A DNA stretch of 64,000 bases from the NCBI GenBank assembly GCA_951406725.2, contig OX597819.1:71982001-72046000 (forward strand), read 5' to 3'. The translations under genes and the position numbers were made by a program. This DNA comes from Octopus vulgaris. Its lineage: Eukaryota. Each line of letters starts with the position of its first letter. The stretch's first letter is position 1. The notes under the pieces are model-generated. The model was not told where the DNA came from and made no database searches. It saw nothing but the letters and a program-made list of their open reading frames with translations. Below, in pieces: positions 1-12,428 of this stretch.

Positions 1-153
1 CACATGGTCTCACATAAGAAGCAAAACGTGAGTTTATTTGTGAACAGATTACCAGTTAGATTCATGATGTTTTTTTATAATAACAATCATGAGCTAAATA
101 CAATTAAAGGACATAAAAATTATCTGATATTTAAGAAATAACTCGATAGGAAA

Positions 154-223
154 CTAGTTAAAGACCTCATTCATGTATTGGAGGAATATGACATTTATTC
201 CGGAGAAAATTACAAAAACCGTC
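154..223 (-). CDS. Candidate terminal exon of a minus-strand host transcript
   Basis: Acceptor TTTTTTACAG| before 223. Phase-2 read gives (R)TVFVIFSGINVIFLQYMNEVFN*, with AATAAA ~120 nt downstream. No homology recognised. Confidence 0.2.
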
Positions 224-614
224 CTGTAAAAAACTAGTTTTCTGTCAGCTGTATTGTGTAATGTATCTGCACAAAACAAATGCTAACAAAGTGGGTTTTA
301 CTTTAAATCTTCTCAGCTGAGTTAACGACACTGATTGGATTGTGATATATTGGTAAAATCGATGCCAATCAGCGAAGAATTACCCGGTACAAAACACAGC
401 TACGTATAACATTAGCAGTAAATACAGTTTGTAAGGTAATCGATAACAGATCGCATTGTCTCAGACAGTTGAGATTTAGTTAAGACTCAATTTATCCAAA
501 CACACGATAAACGCGAGAGATATTTTCATTGGAAGCTTCAGTGAGATAACCAGACGGGAGCAGAGATAAAGTAGCGCGGACATGCATACATATATACATA
601 TATAGTAGTTGTAG

Positions 615-1169
615 TATTCCTAGGTAACACAGTGTAGGTAAAAATGTATCGGAGTCTTTAGTCATCAAGGATCTCAGACAGATAATACTTTCTTTAAGAT
701 GTGTGCTGTGCCCAATAAGGCTGCATTTTGCAAGACATCAATCTTGCATGGGATTTCCAGTTGCTTTAAGAAGTTTCAATGGGATTGAGCCCAACGCTCT
801 GATAACCACTGGTATCACTTTTATATTACCCTCTCACCTTCCATACAGACTTGCCATTTCCACTTTCAATTCGGAGTACTTGGAGATTTTTTTTTCAGCC
901 TCTTTACTCACAACAATCATGTCATTTTGTATGGATTCATCAATGATCTGGCAGAATTTGTCTCTCTTATTCAATATGACAACATCCGACCGACGGTGTT
1001 CGATTAGACGATCCGTCTGAAAATCATAGTCCCAGAGTATCGTTACTTTTCTATCCTCCAGCATAACTTTACTTGGTACATGCTCATACCAGTTCTCTGT
1101 TACTTCATATTAGTATTTATGGCATAAGAGCTAATGAAGATACACACACACTTTATCGTGGCGGCGCTT
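615..1169 (-). mobile_element. 5'-truncated R4/Dong-like RLE non-LTR retrotransposon fragment (decayed)
   Basis: Broken reading KRRHDKV...VTILWDYDFQTDRLIEHRRSDVVILNK...KYSELKVE...LQNAALLGTAHILKKVLSV*, which carries the RHD and RLE motifs. The 5' truncation abuts the (TTA)n tract at 1168-1218. Confidence 0.85.
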
Positions 1170-1218
1170 ATTATTATTATTATCATTATTATTATTATTA
1201 TTATTATTATCATTATTC

Positions 1219-2538
1219 AGTAGTTTTATTTTTATAGCGTGCTTTCACTTCACTACCGAGCACAGCTCTGTGTGCCTTGGGTATGTGCTGTGATTTGTTG
1301 TGATGCTCTGATGGTTATTGTATGGAAAGTGTTCTGCGTAGGATGTGTGCAGTGCCTAGTAGTGCAATTTTCTGTATGTTATATGTGTTTGTAAGTCCTG
1401 GTGTTTTTGTTATGTATTTGTCTGAATATTTTTTTATCATGCCTAATGCACCTACTATGATAGGAATTGTTTCTGTTTTCAGATTCCACATTCTAGATAC
1501 CTCTATTTCCAGGTCTTTGTATTTTGAGAGTTTCTCCATTTCTTTTAGAGACACGTTGTCATCAGCCGGTATTGATACATCAATTAGAAAGCATTTTTTT
1601 TCTTCATGATCTCTGACAACTATATCTGGTCTGTTGGCCTTAATTTCTCTATCTGTGTGTATCGGCATATCCCAGAGTATGGTTGCTTTCTCGTTTCCTG
1701 TGACCTTTTCTGGTGTGTGCCTATACCATCTTTTTTCTGTTGTTATTCCATAATGTTGGCATAGCTTCCAATGTATGTAGGTTCCAACTCTGTCATGTCT
1801 GTGAATATATTCCTTCTTAGCCAAGACTGGGCAGCTAGAGATAATATGATTTATTGTTTCTTGTCCATCTCCACATATTCTGCAGTTACTTGTAATATTT
1901 CTTTTCATTACATGTTTTTGGTAATTTCTGGTGGGGAGGCTTTGATCTTGTGCTGCAATTAAAAATCCCTCTGTTTCTGCTTTGAGTCCTGAGCTTCTCA
2001 ACCATTGCTGGGATTTTTCTTTGTCTATTTCTTTTGCGTTTAGTTTAGTCCAGACATGAGGTACAACGTCCGGCCCATTATTTTGACGGTCGTCATTTTC
2101 GTAGGGTACCGGTCCGTTTATTTCTGTTGTCACATTATTTCGCACGTGTAGTTTTTCGTACATTTTTTGTTGTAAGTTTAATGTACGTACCGCTCGATTG
2201 TTATTCTTGGGTTGAATAGTATCGGTGGCATTTAATTTCTTCGTAGTTCCTTTGTACATGGTGTTTGGGGTCGGAGATGATCGTGATGTTCCACGCATGT
2301 TTACATGTGTTGCGTTAGAGGCGGAGATGATATCGAGTCAAAATACATCATTTCGTTTCGAAAATAGTAATAAATTTCAATTAGTATTACTTACTCGGAT
2401 ACAGTCCAATTCTTTGTTAGTAAAACTTTGGCTCCATAGGATGTCCTTGTTTTCGATGTTTGTGGATAGATTTCGGAGCTCTGAATTTTCCTTCTTACAT
2501 CTTAAACGTCCCCGGTGTCTTACATCTTAAACGTCCCC

Positions 2539-2539
<1 letters not shown>
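1219..2539 (-). mobile_element. Internally deleted R4/Dong-like retrotransposon bounded by (TAA)n at both ends
   Basis: (TTA)n at 1168-1218 and 2540-2590. 3' UTR 1219-1314 contains AATAAA. A 22-bp direct repeat lies at the 5' end (2493-2514, 2518-2539). No RT motifs inside. Confidence 0.8.
1315..2298 (-). CDS. Intact 327-aa ORF: low-complexity N-terminus fused to CCHC zinc knuckle plus RLE domain
   Basis: ETEGFLIAAQDQ, CRICG...ETINHIISSC, RHD, RPDIVV...LIDVSIP...EKLSKYKDL are typical of the R4/Dong C-terminal half. Confidence 0.75.
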   Translation of the reverse strand: MRGTSRSSPTPNTMYKGTTKKLNATDTIQPKNNNRAVRTLNLQQKMYEKLHVRNNVTTEINGPVPYENDDRQNNGPDVVPHVWTKLNAKEIDKEKSQQWLRSSGLKAETEGFLIAAQDQSLPTRNYQKHVMKRNITSNCRICGDGQETINHIISSCPVLAKKEYIHRHDRVGTYIHWKLCQHYGITTEKRWYRHTPEKVTGNEKATILWDMPIHTDREIKANRPDIVVRDHEEKKCFLIDVSIPADDNVSLKEMEKLSKYKDLEIEVSRMWNLKTETIPIIVGALGMIKKYSDKYITKTPGLTNTYNIQKIALLGTAHILRRTLSIQ

Positions 2540-2591
<52 letters not shown>

Positions 2592-2785
2592 AAACTGTCT
2601 GATTCGACTCCATGCAGGCTTCTAATATAAACCTGGCTCATAAGGGCTCAGATAACCGATCCCATAATTTGAGCTTTCCATTAGAAGCTTGCGAAACTTT
2701 AAGTGGCATAGAGCCGAATCAAGCTGTTTTAAATGATAATATGAGAGCCTTTTTTCTTTCGTTTGTCCACACGCTTATATATATA

Positions 2786-2955
2786 GGCGCAGGAGTAGCT
2801 GTGTGGTAAGCAGCTTGCTTACCAACCACATGGTTCTGGGTTCAGTCCACTGTGTGGCACCTTGGCCAAGTGTCTTCTAATATAGCCTCAGGCCGACCAA
2901 AGCCTTGTGAGTGGATTTGGTAGTTTGGTAGACGGCAACTGAAAGAAGCCTGTCG

Positions 2956-3020
<65 letters not shown>

Positions 3021-3515
3021 GATATATTAGACATGATAGGAAAAAATATCAGTGAACAATAATAATGTCTTACCTCTACTGAGTCAGAACAAGTAAATGC
3101 TGGTCAATTTAGTACCGGTTTCGAAATTTAGCGCCAAATAGGTGCTGGATTTCTCATCATCCAAAGTCTGTCACCTAAATTAATGAGAAATCGGGCACCT
3201 ATTTGGCGCTAAATTTCGAAACCGTTAACAGGTTGACCATCATTTACTTGTTCTGACCCAGTAGAGGTAAGACGTTATTATTGTTCACTGATATTTTTTC
3301 CTATTATGTCTGTAATAGATTTGTAACTATTCGGTGATACAGAAGTATTTTTCGATTTCTATTTTTAGCGATATAGGTACTAATGTAGTACCTTTGTGTA
3401 TATATGTACATATCTAATATTGTATGTATATATTTTATTATTTTGCCTGTGCGGCTGTTAATTCGCTTACCACTGGTGATGGTATTTTCATGTCATCCCC
3501 ATATAATTATATATA

Positions 3516-3559
<44 letters not shown>

Positions 3560-3672
3560 TCATATAGGTGGAAAATTTTGTATTTTGCCACCAGCGGCCT
3601 AGTATTAAATAGTCAGACCATTTTTGTTAACATCACAACAGCGCCATAATACATTCACACTATGGTGAATGG

Positions 3673-3719
<47 letters not shown>

Positions 3720-3983
3720 GTATATATATATACATATATATATATACACACACACACATATATGTGTAAGTGTGTGTATGATTGTGTGTCTGTTTGTCCT
3801 CCCAACATCGCTTGGTGCTGGTGTGTTTACGTACCCGTAACTTAGTGGTTCGACCTAAGAGACCGATGGAATAAATAGCGAGCTTACAAAGGATAAATTC
3901 AGGGGTGTATTTCTCCGACTAAAATGCAGTGCTCCAGTATGGCCACAGTCGAAATGACTAAAACAAGTAAAAGAATAAAAGAA
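2786..3983 (+). mobile_element. tRNA-headed SINE (family A), split: head 2786-2957, tail ~3783-3983
   Basis: Head has A/B-box-like motifs (TAGCTGTGTGG, GGTTCAGTCC). Head and tail match the less interrupted copy at 22204-22618. Confidence 0.75.
3029..3311. repeat. Long inverted repeat (~129-bp arms, 25-nt spacer), Penelope-pLTR-like, each arm with a degenerate hammerhead
   Basis: 3029-3157 is the reverse complement of 3183-3311 with scattered mismatches. Minus arm reads GATGATGAGAAAT...ATTTCGAAACCGGTA. Confidence 0.85.
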
Positions 3984-4032
3984 TATATATATATATATAT
4001 GGAATAATTACTATGAAGCATTGCGTTGAATA

Positions 4033-4537
4033 TCTATATATATAAAACTCTAGTTGTGTGAGTGTCTGTCCCCTTCGATTTAGATTCCTAACTCCTCCCA
4101 CATTTTGCGGTGCAGTTTAACCAAATTCGGGTATCTTATAGTCGTGATTCATATCGAGCCCGTCTGACTATTAGCGCGCGTCAACGATGAGTCTACGATT
4201 TTAAAAATAATTTAACATCATTTTTTATTCCATTTTAATGCATAAAATGCATCGTGTGTCGATGGCGGCGGAGTTGGCGTCCACGCTCACAGCTGCACCT
4301 GTTTGCTTCTCCCCTTCCCTCCCTCGTGAAGCTGTGGGGAAGGGAGTGTAAGGAAATCAACGTCGTAATGCGTTGTGAAGGAAACCAGCGTTCTTTTAGA
4401 ACAACGACTTCATGGCTTGAAGACACCAAAACAAAAATGGCTAAGAAAGCCCGAATTTATAAGGGAAGTAACTCTCTAAAAATGCTTATATAGTTATTTC
4501 CCTTACAAACCCGAGCAACGCCGGGCGATACTGCTAG
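4033..4537 (+). mobile_element. Non-autonomous Helitron
   Basis: 5' TC preceded by A; subterminal hairpin CCCG-agcaacgc-CGGG (4510-4525); 3' CTAG followed by T. Near-identical copy at 11914. Confidence 0.85.
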
Positions 4538-4812
4538 TATTATATAAAAGATCTTGGGTAAGGCCAAAACAATGCAAAGTAAATGCAAGGTAAATCACAA
4601 GAAAACAAATATGTGAATTAACGCAAACTTACCTTGTATTCAATATATCAGGGTTATGACCCCATTTTCAGGAAATTAACAAATGTTGCCGATGTGCGTG
4701 AGTGTAAGCGTGTGTGGAGTAGACATGTATGTATATATGCATATATATACATACATATATATTATATATATACATACATATATGTATATATACATATGCA
4801 TATATATATATA

Positions 4813-4854
<42 letters not shown>

Positions 4855-4955
4855 CATGCATACATATATATATACATATATATGGATGGATGTATATATA
4901 TTTACGCGAGAGATAGAATAAGAGGAAGGGAAAAAGGAGAAAAGGAGCGTGGGAT

Positions 4956-5091
<136 letters not shown>

Positions 5092-5544
5092 CACAGACAC
5101 GTGTATACATTTATGTTCCTTATGGCTAGATGGATGAGCGTATATATGTGTGTATATATATGTATGCGTGTATGTATGTATGTATGTATGTATGTGAGTA
5201 TGTATTTATGTGTGTATGTATGTTTGCATAAAGATCAAACTGTAATTGTCATGAAAATAGCAGAAGCAGCTCTGTCTTAAATTAATTGGAATTTATTAGC
5301 AGAACCAAATCCCTGAACACTGTAGCGGGAAACGAGCTAACAAGGGGGCGTTTATATAATCGTTGGATCTTCAAACATCAGCCATGCAAATGAAGAACGT
5401 GGGAATAATGAACTCCTTGATACACTTTACCAAAAGACAATATGCTAACGTTACAGCCAGAACACATTTTCTTTACTATATTTCTACTCAATTAGGGATA
5501 ACCTGATGCTAAACAGCAACAAAAACAATATGGCAGAAATGTCG

Positions 5545-6182
5545 TTTCCTACTATAAGCTTGAGGCCATCAATTTCGGGGTAGGGAGAAGTCGATTACAT
5601 CGACCCCAGTACTCAAATGGTATTTAATTTGTCGACCCCAAAAGATGAAAGACAAGGTCGACCTCGGCTGAATTAAAGACGGACGAAATGCCGCTCGGCA
5701 TTTAGCGGCATCTCGCCGCCTTAACCTGATAGAAATAACGTGTTGTCAAATAAATTCACTTCTGTTTTTTCGTCGTATCTCAAAAGAGGTAAAATTTACC
5801 CATATTTCAAAAACAATAAATAAAAGCTGTAGAAGCAGGAAATAATTACAAAATGGCCGATAAAACACTAAGACATAACTAAAGGGTTATTTAGGCAATG
5901 CATTTGCGGATAGTTAATTGGCTGAATGCGGCACTGAAGAAGAAGCAATAACTCTTGAAATATGTATATACATTCATTACCTATTCTTCTATCTTCGATC
6001 GCATTGTTTACAGAAACTAATTTGTATACTAGACGTTGTAACTTCCAGTGCCGTCTCGAAAGATGATGAAAGGCGGAGTGGGCCTCGGCGGATATTGAAC
6101 ATTAAAGACGGACGGAATACCGGTAAGCATTTTGCCCAATGTGCTAACGATTCTGCCAGCTCTCTACCTTAATAAGGATAAC

Positions 6183-6226
<44 letters not shown>

Positions 6227-6232
6227 TGATGA

Positions 6233-6266
<34 letters not shown>

Positions 6267-6497
6267 GGTGGTGGTGGTCGTGGTGGTGGTGGTGGTAATG
6301 ATGATGATGATGATGATCCTTTCTACTAAAGGCACAAGGCATGAAATTTGTGGGGAGGTAGTAAGTCGATTATATCGACCCCAGTATTTGACTGGTACTT
6401 AATTTATCGACCGCGAAAGCATGAAAGGCAAAATCGGCCTCGGCAGAATTTGAACTCAGAACGTAGCGACGAGTGTGGCGTGCTAACAATTCTGCCA
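5545..6497 (-). mobile_element. Cluster of three SINE family B copies (5545-5722, ~6040-6170, 6318-6497)
   Basis: Reverse complement of the motif GAGTTCAAATTCCGCCGAGGTCGACTTTGCCTTTCATCCTTTCGGGGTCGATAAATTAAGTACCAG, which recurs throughout the window. Confidence 0.8.
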
Positions 6498-6765
6498 ATA
6501 ATAATAGTGATAAGATAAGCAATAAAATCAGAGAAAGAAAAAAAAACCATGGCTTGGCCGACATTTTAACCAATCAATGCAAAGGTGCAATATTGATGAG
6601 GAAGGATGTTGCTGAAAAAAATATAAAAAGCAAATTCGTCAGCGCCATTGAAGACTTTACATATGTACTCTTATTTCAATAGAGAGCTTCTTTCATTCAC
6701 TCTCATCTTCTCTCTTCCTCTCTCCCCCTCTCTATCCTTCTTCTTCACATTTCTCTCTCTCTCTT

Positions 6766-6835
<70 letters not shown>

Positions 6836-7149
6836 TATATATATACATCTCTCAGTTTTTCTCTCCCCTCTGTTCACCTCTCTCTTCCTCTTCCCGTCCT
6901 TCTCACTCTATGTCTATATGTATATCTTTCATTTCCTCTCTCTTATCCTCTCTTTTTGACTCCCTTCTCTCTCTCTACCTCTGTCCCTCCCTCCTTCTCT
7001 CTCTTTCTCGCTCTTTCAGTTACCTATTTCGTTCTTTATTCTCTTCCCAACTCCCTCACTCTCTCACCCTTCTCCCTAATTCTCTCTATATTATCCTTTA
7101 ACATGATATACCAATGCGTTTACAATTCTCGTACTGTATAAACTCTTGT

Positions 7150-7337
<188 letters not shown>

Positions 7338-7789
7338 GAGAGTGCTCAACACATTCATGCAAAAGTATCGTGTCTGTTCGTGGTGTCTCCCTTTCTGGTG
7401 TCTGTGGCTGATGAGAAGACAACTGTTCCGAATTACGTGCATCCAACAGTCAGGTTACAGGATGCTATGAACTGATTTGGTGTATTTACACTGATTTATT
7501 TACAGCGAAACATTTTCTTCATGACAAAATATAATGAAAGTCTTCTTACGGGTTCGAATAAACGGCAATGAAATGGTAACAAGTTTGTATTTATGCACAT
7601 CCCTACATAACAGTGTCACTCCGTATTAAACTCTTAATATTTATTCAAAATGCAGAATTACGAATCACTCAGACTCAGTATTCATAGCACGAACACACAC
7701 ACAGCCACAAACACACACATGCACACACACACACACACATACACACACTCACACACATACACAAATATATAAGAAATTAAAAAAATAAA

Positions 7790-9710
7790 GTACGCATACT
7801 GACATAGTTTTAATATAATTTTTAGTTTAATAATAATATCGACCGGTTTTGCTATCGCTATTCATGATATTATGTTTTACTTTTTTGAATATGTATTTTC
7901 TTGAGAAGTTGTCCATGTTGTGTGTGATGATATTTACGAGTGAATGAATGACTTCACAAGTAGAAAAATAAGGGAAGGTAATTTGTTATCATCATTATTG
8001 TTATTGTTGTGGGTAAGGGAGATAACTGTTCAGCTTTCGGTAATGGGATGGGAATATATATGTACAGACAAAAACAAGTTTTGAAAACCTTGTTTAATGA
8101 GATTTATGTACAATGATGTAATCGTGAATTGAAATATGTAAAAAGATAGAAGTTAGTTATGCGTGCATATTAAGACGTGTTCTGTATTTTCAATGAAAAT
8201 GTTTCTTTATTTAAACGTTCTTGTGGGGAGATTGTGTCTTTGCACTGGTAGAAGGGGAAGACTGTGAAATTTGATTTGATGTTATCTGCACATTTTTCTA
8301 TGTGTTCACTGAGAGGAATTTGACTGTATTGCGGGAAGCGGATTTGCTCTTTATATAGAGTGGTTCTCTTTCTCAAGGCCATACTAGTTTGTCCAATATA
8401 GTTGTGTCTACAACCCGAGCAGTTTATTACATAAATTAGGTTCTCAGAGGCACAAGTGAAACTAGTTTTAATTGTGAACCTCTGCTCTTGTTTGAAAAGG
8501 AAATCCGAGCCTTCAAGTAGGTTGGCGCAGGTTCCACAGGTTGGACGTCCACATTTTTTAACAGTTGGTTTCGTGGTTGTTTTGTAAAGCTTCGCATTTG
8601 TTAGTAGTCTCTTTAACGATTTGTCTGGCTTTTTGGATTTGATGCGCTTGTGTGTTTTCAGGATGTCGTTCATTTTTGGATCTCTAGTTAGTAAAGGAAG
8701 ATTTTGCACAATAGTGTTGAATGCCTCACTGTTTCTGGGGTTGTGTGTTGATATAAACAGTACTGTTTTGATTTGAGGTGTGGTGTTATGATTTGTTGTT
8801 CTTAGTGTTTTTATGTCTAATTGTTTGGCACATTTAATTCCCTAGTCGATAAGTGAGGGTGGATATTGTCTTTCAATAAGCGTTGTTTTGAGGTCTTGAA
8901 GACGAAGGTCCCGAGTTGTTCTATCAAACTCTATTGTGTAAATCCTTTTTGCCAAATTGAAAGGGATATTTATTTTGATATGTTTCGGGTGGCATGAGTT
9001 AAAGAGGACATATTGTTTTGAATCTGTTGGCTTATAATAAATGTCAGTTATGATTTGATTGTTGACTTTTTTTATCATGATGTCTAAAAATGGGAGTTGT
9101 TCTTTGTTATATTCGATTGTGAATTGAATGTTACCATTTATATCATTTAGTGTTGATTTGAAATCCAAAGGTTTGTCAATGTTCTCCTTCCAAATGATAA
9201 AGCAGTCATCCAGGTATCTCTTCCAATTTTCTCTTATGTAGAGGTAAAATGGGTAACCATATTTTTGAAGTGATACTTCATATAGGCTGCTTTCGTTCCC
9301 ATTGCAATTCCACATTTCTAACGATAGTATGTGTCATCAAATAGGAAATAATTGTTCTGAAGTATAAATTTTAAGGATTCAATAATAAAGATCTGGTTTA
9401 TGCGTTCCGGGAGTACTTCGGGGTACTTTTCCAACCAGAATATAATTGCTTTTATTCCATAATCATGGGGGATGTTGGTGTAAAGATTGATAACATCGAG
9501 GATAACCAATATTGCCTCTTCATGAATTGTTTTTGGTAGGTGTTCTAGCATGTCTAAATCATCTCTAATGAAATATTTGATGTATTTCAGCAAGGGTTTC
9601 AGTAGGATGTCTAGAAAATTGCCTTGGCGGTGGGTTTCACAGGCGGGCCCAGCTACAATGGGTCTTAAAGTTAAGTCTTCTGGCGTTTGGATATTTATAT
9701 ATTTGCCTGG
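7790..9710 (-). mobile_element. Decayed Penelope-like element (RT + GIY-YIG endonuclease), 5'-truncated
   Basis: RT motifs LRPIVAG, LDVINLYTNIP, GIAMGT, RYLDD, LPFLD, YYKPT..QY..FNSCHP. Linker C-x4-C-x2-C and LIYVINCSGCRHNYIGQT (Neptune/Naiad-type). Stops and frameshifts present. Confidence 0.92.
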
Positions 9711-9716
9711 TATATA

Positions 9717-9850
9717 CTAGCAGCTAAGCCCGGTTTCACCCGGTCGATTTAGATGATGTGGCTGTAAAACCTGCTCTGTGAAAGCATTCGACTTGTTTGC
9801 GCACGCTTGCGTTAAAATACAATTTTTGAATGACTTTTTTCTGTCAAAAC
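9717..9850 (-). mobile_element. Helitron 3' end (second family) truncating the Penelope element
   Basis: Minus strand reads CCGGGTGAAACCGGGCTTAGCTG-CTAG-T (hairpin plus CTAG). 5' extent unknown. Confidence 0.6.
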
Positions 9851-9977
9851 GCTGAAAACAAAAACCAACAAAAAAAACAACCAAGATTCAACCAAATCAA
9901 AAAATAAACCCAAATACTAAGCGAACAAAGATGAAACATCCCACTTCGATTGCGCGCGCGCACGCACACACAAACAG

Positions 9978-10010
<33 letters not shown>

Positions 10011-10076
10011 CATTCTTCAGAAACAGGAGACAGATGAAAGTCCAAGAGAAAAAGAAGGCGGAGCAAAAATTCGCCA

Positions 10077-10119
<43 letters not shown>

Positions 10120-10399
10120 CATACATACATACATACATACATACATACATACATGTATGTATGTATGTATGTATGTATGTATGTATGTATGTATGTATGT
10201 ATGTATGTATGTATGTATGTATGTATGTATACATTTATTTATTTATACATGTATATACTTACACATATATATGCATACATGTGTGTATTCATATATTTAC
10301 AAATATATTCATTTACTTTTCCCCGATAAAACTAACGCCATGTGGGAAAAATCATTTGCACGTAGGGTGACGCAACCGTTCCTGTGAATGCATGAACAT

Positions 10400-10832
10400 T
10401 TTCGCGTTGGTAAATTACAGAATATTCAGCAGGTTTTGGTGATGTTGTCGTGGGTAAAACTTAGATCAAGGAGTGGTACAACCGCTTCCAAGATGCTGGA
10501 GGAGCAGCTACAAATTCAACTCACTTAAGACACGGTGGACTGTCCAGGTCGCGACCCAGACTTCATGATGACCATCATTATCGGTGATAAGATATGGGTT
10601 TATGGTTACTATTCGATGTGTTCGTTCATCTTGCATAAAAACGAAAATAGGACATACCTACATTAGACATCTGTACATTAGGCGTAACAACCGGGAACGG
10701 ACGGGGGTCTAGTGGCGCGAAATTGTTTACACATGCGTGGGAATAGTACTGCCACTTTCCACTCAAAGGATTTTGTCCACGCAGCATTAGTTTTGACGTG
10801 AAAAAATAAAGTCGGATTCTTTTTGAACGCAT
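10400..10832 (+). mobile_element. Internally deleted mariner-type transposon remnant
   Basis: GFGDVVVGKT*IKEWYNRFQDA (HTH-like) and DPDFMMTIIIGDKIWVYGY (cf. IVTGDETW). Confidence 0.65.
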
Positions 10833-11367
10833 AGACACACATACAAACTCACACACAAACACACACATATTGAAAGATTGCTTTGAGGCACGACGCACGT
10901 TAAATAAACCTGCCGAATTATCGTGTTGGCATAGAATTAAATAAGAGCTACTATTAGTAACTCTTATTTAATTATTGTGTACATTAAATAATATTTATCT
11001 CTCACTGGATGGAGTACATGTTTTATTAATCGAACTTATAAAGGAACAGTATAGGAACTATATATATATATATGTGTGTGTGTGTATGTGTGTGTGTACA
11101 CTCGCGCGCGCACAAAGTTTCCTTTCATTATTAACATGGAATATGAAATGAAAACTTATGAGAGCATGAAATTGTAACATTATCACTATTTTTTTAAATT
11201 ATGATTAGTACAAGCGAAACCGGTCAGTTATATAAATATTTTATTTCGTGTGGGTGCGTGTGTGTGTGTGTACGTATGTATGCATTATGTATGTATGTGC
11301 GTACGTATGTATGTAGTTTGTCCAACATAAAAGTTCCATTAATTTTGCTTCTTATCACACCTTTTCA

Positions 11368-11428
<61 letters not shown>

Positions 11429-11508
11429 TGTATCTGGGAGTGTGTGTGTGTGTATGTGTGTGTGAGTGGGTGCTGAATAAATGGGGATAAAATATCAAAG
11501 GCGGTTAC

Positions 11509-11633
11509 CGTTCGAGCACTCTGTTATAATCAAAGTTGTGACCAACCGCATTGAGTGGTAAGAAACACCTAAGATAACTTGAAGAAAGCAATCGCAATGT
11601 CTCGCCTACGATGGGCAAATCCTCCTGTTTGTT
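11509..11633 (-). CDS. Candidate exon (125 nt)
   Basis: Acceptor TTTCTAATTCTGCAG|, donor G|GTAACC. The only fully open frame is NKQEDLPIVGETLRLLSSSYLRCFLPLNAVGHNFDYNRVLER. Non-repetitive sequence. Confidence 0.35.
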
Positions 11634-11913
11634 CTGCAGAATTAGAAATAGTCTACCGGGCGTACATCCAAGACTATTACAATGAATAAGAGATTTATAC
11701 GCCTGCATATTTTTATTTCAATATTTCTGCAAAGACTACTGACAAGATGAATGTAAGTGGGAGAAAATGCTATTGCGAGATGTCTATACAGCAGAAACGT
11801 GCATCGGACACATTTAAGTCATGTATGCTGTATAACTGACTGTAGAAACAAGATATGCAGATGTAATAATCTCTGTAGTCATTGTAATTGTCTTATATAT
11901 ATATGTATGTATA

Positions 11914-12428
11914 TCTATATATATATAAAACTGTAGTTGTGTGAGTGTCTGTCCCCTTCGATTTAGATTCCTAACTACTCCCACATTTTGCGGTGCAGTT
12001 TAACCAAATTCGGGTATCTTATAGTCGTGATTCATATCGAGCCCGTCTGGGTATTAGCGCGCGTCAACGATGAGTCTACGATTTTAAAAATAATTTAACA
12101 TCATTTTTTATTCCATTTTAATGCACATTTTTTCGTGTGTCGATGGCGGTGGAGTTGGCATCCATGGTCACACCTGCACCTGTTTGCTTCTCCCCCTTCT
12201 TCCCTCCCTCGTGAAGCTGTGGGGAAGGGAGTGTAAGGAAATCAACGTCGTAAAGCGTTGTCAAGGAGACCAGCGTTCTTTTAGAACAACGATTTCATGG
12301 CTTGAAGACACCAAAACAGAAATGGCTAAGAAAGCCCGAATTGGCATCCATAAGGGAAGTAACTCTCTAAAAATGCTTATATAGTTATTTCCCTTACAAA
12401 CCCGAGCAACGCCGGCCGATACTGCTAG
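11914..12428 (+). mobile_element. Non-autonomous Helitron (same family as 4033-4537)
   Basis: TC...hairpin...CTAG; high identity to the first copy. Confidence 0.85.

Noticed and set aside
4628-4700. Strong minus-strand donor AAG|GTAAGT
   Set aside because: No plausible acceptor upstream before the microsatellite.
7405-7445. CTGATGAG...CGAAT hammerhead-like string
   Set aside because: GAAA is broken and stems I and III are unconvincing.
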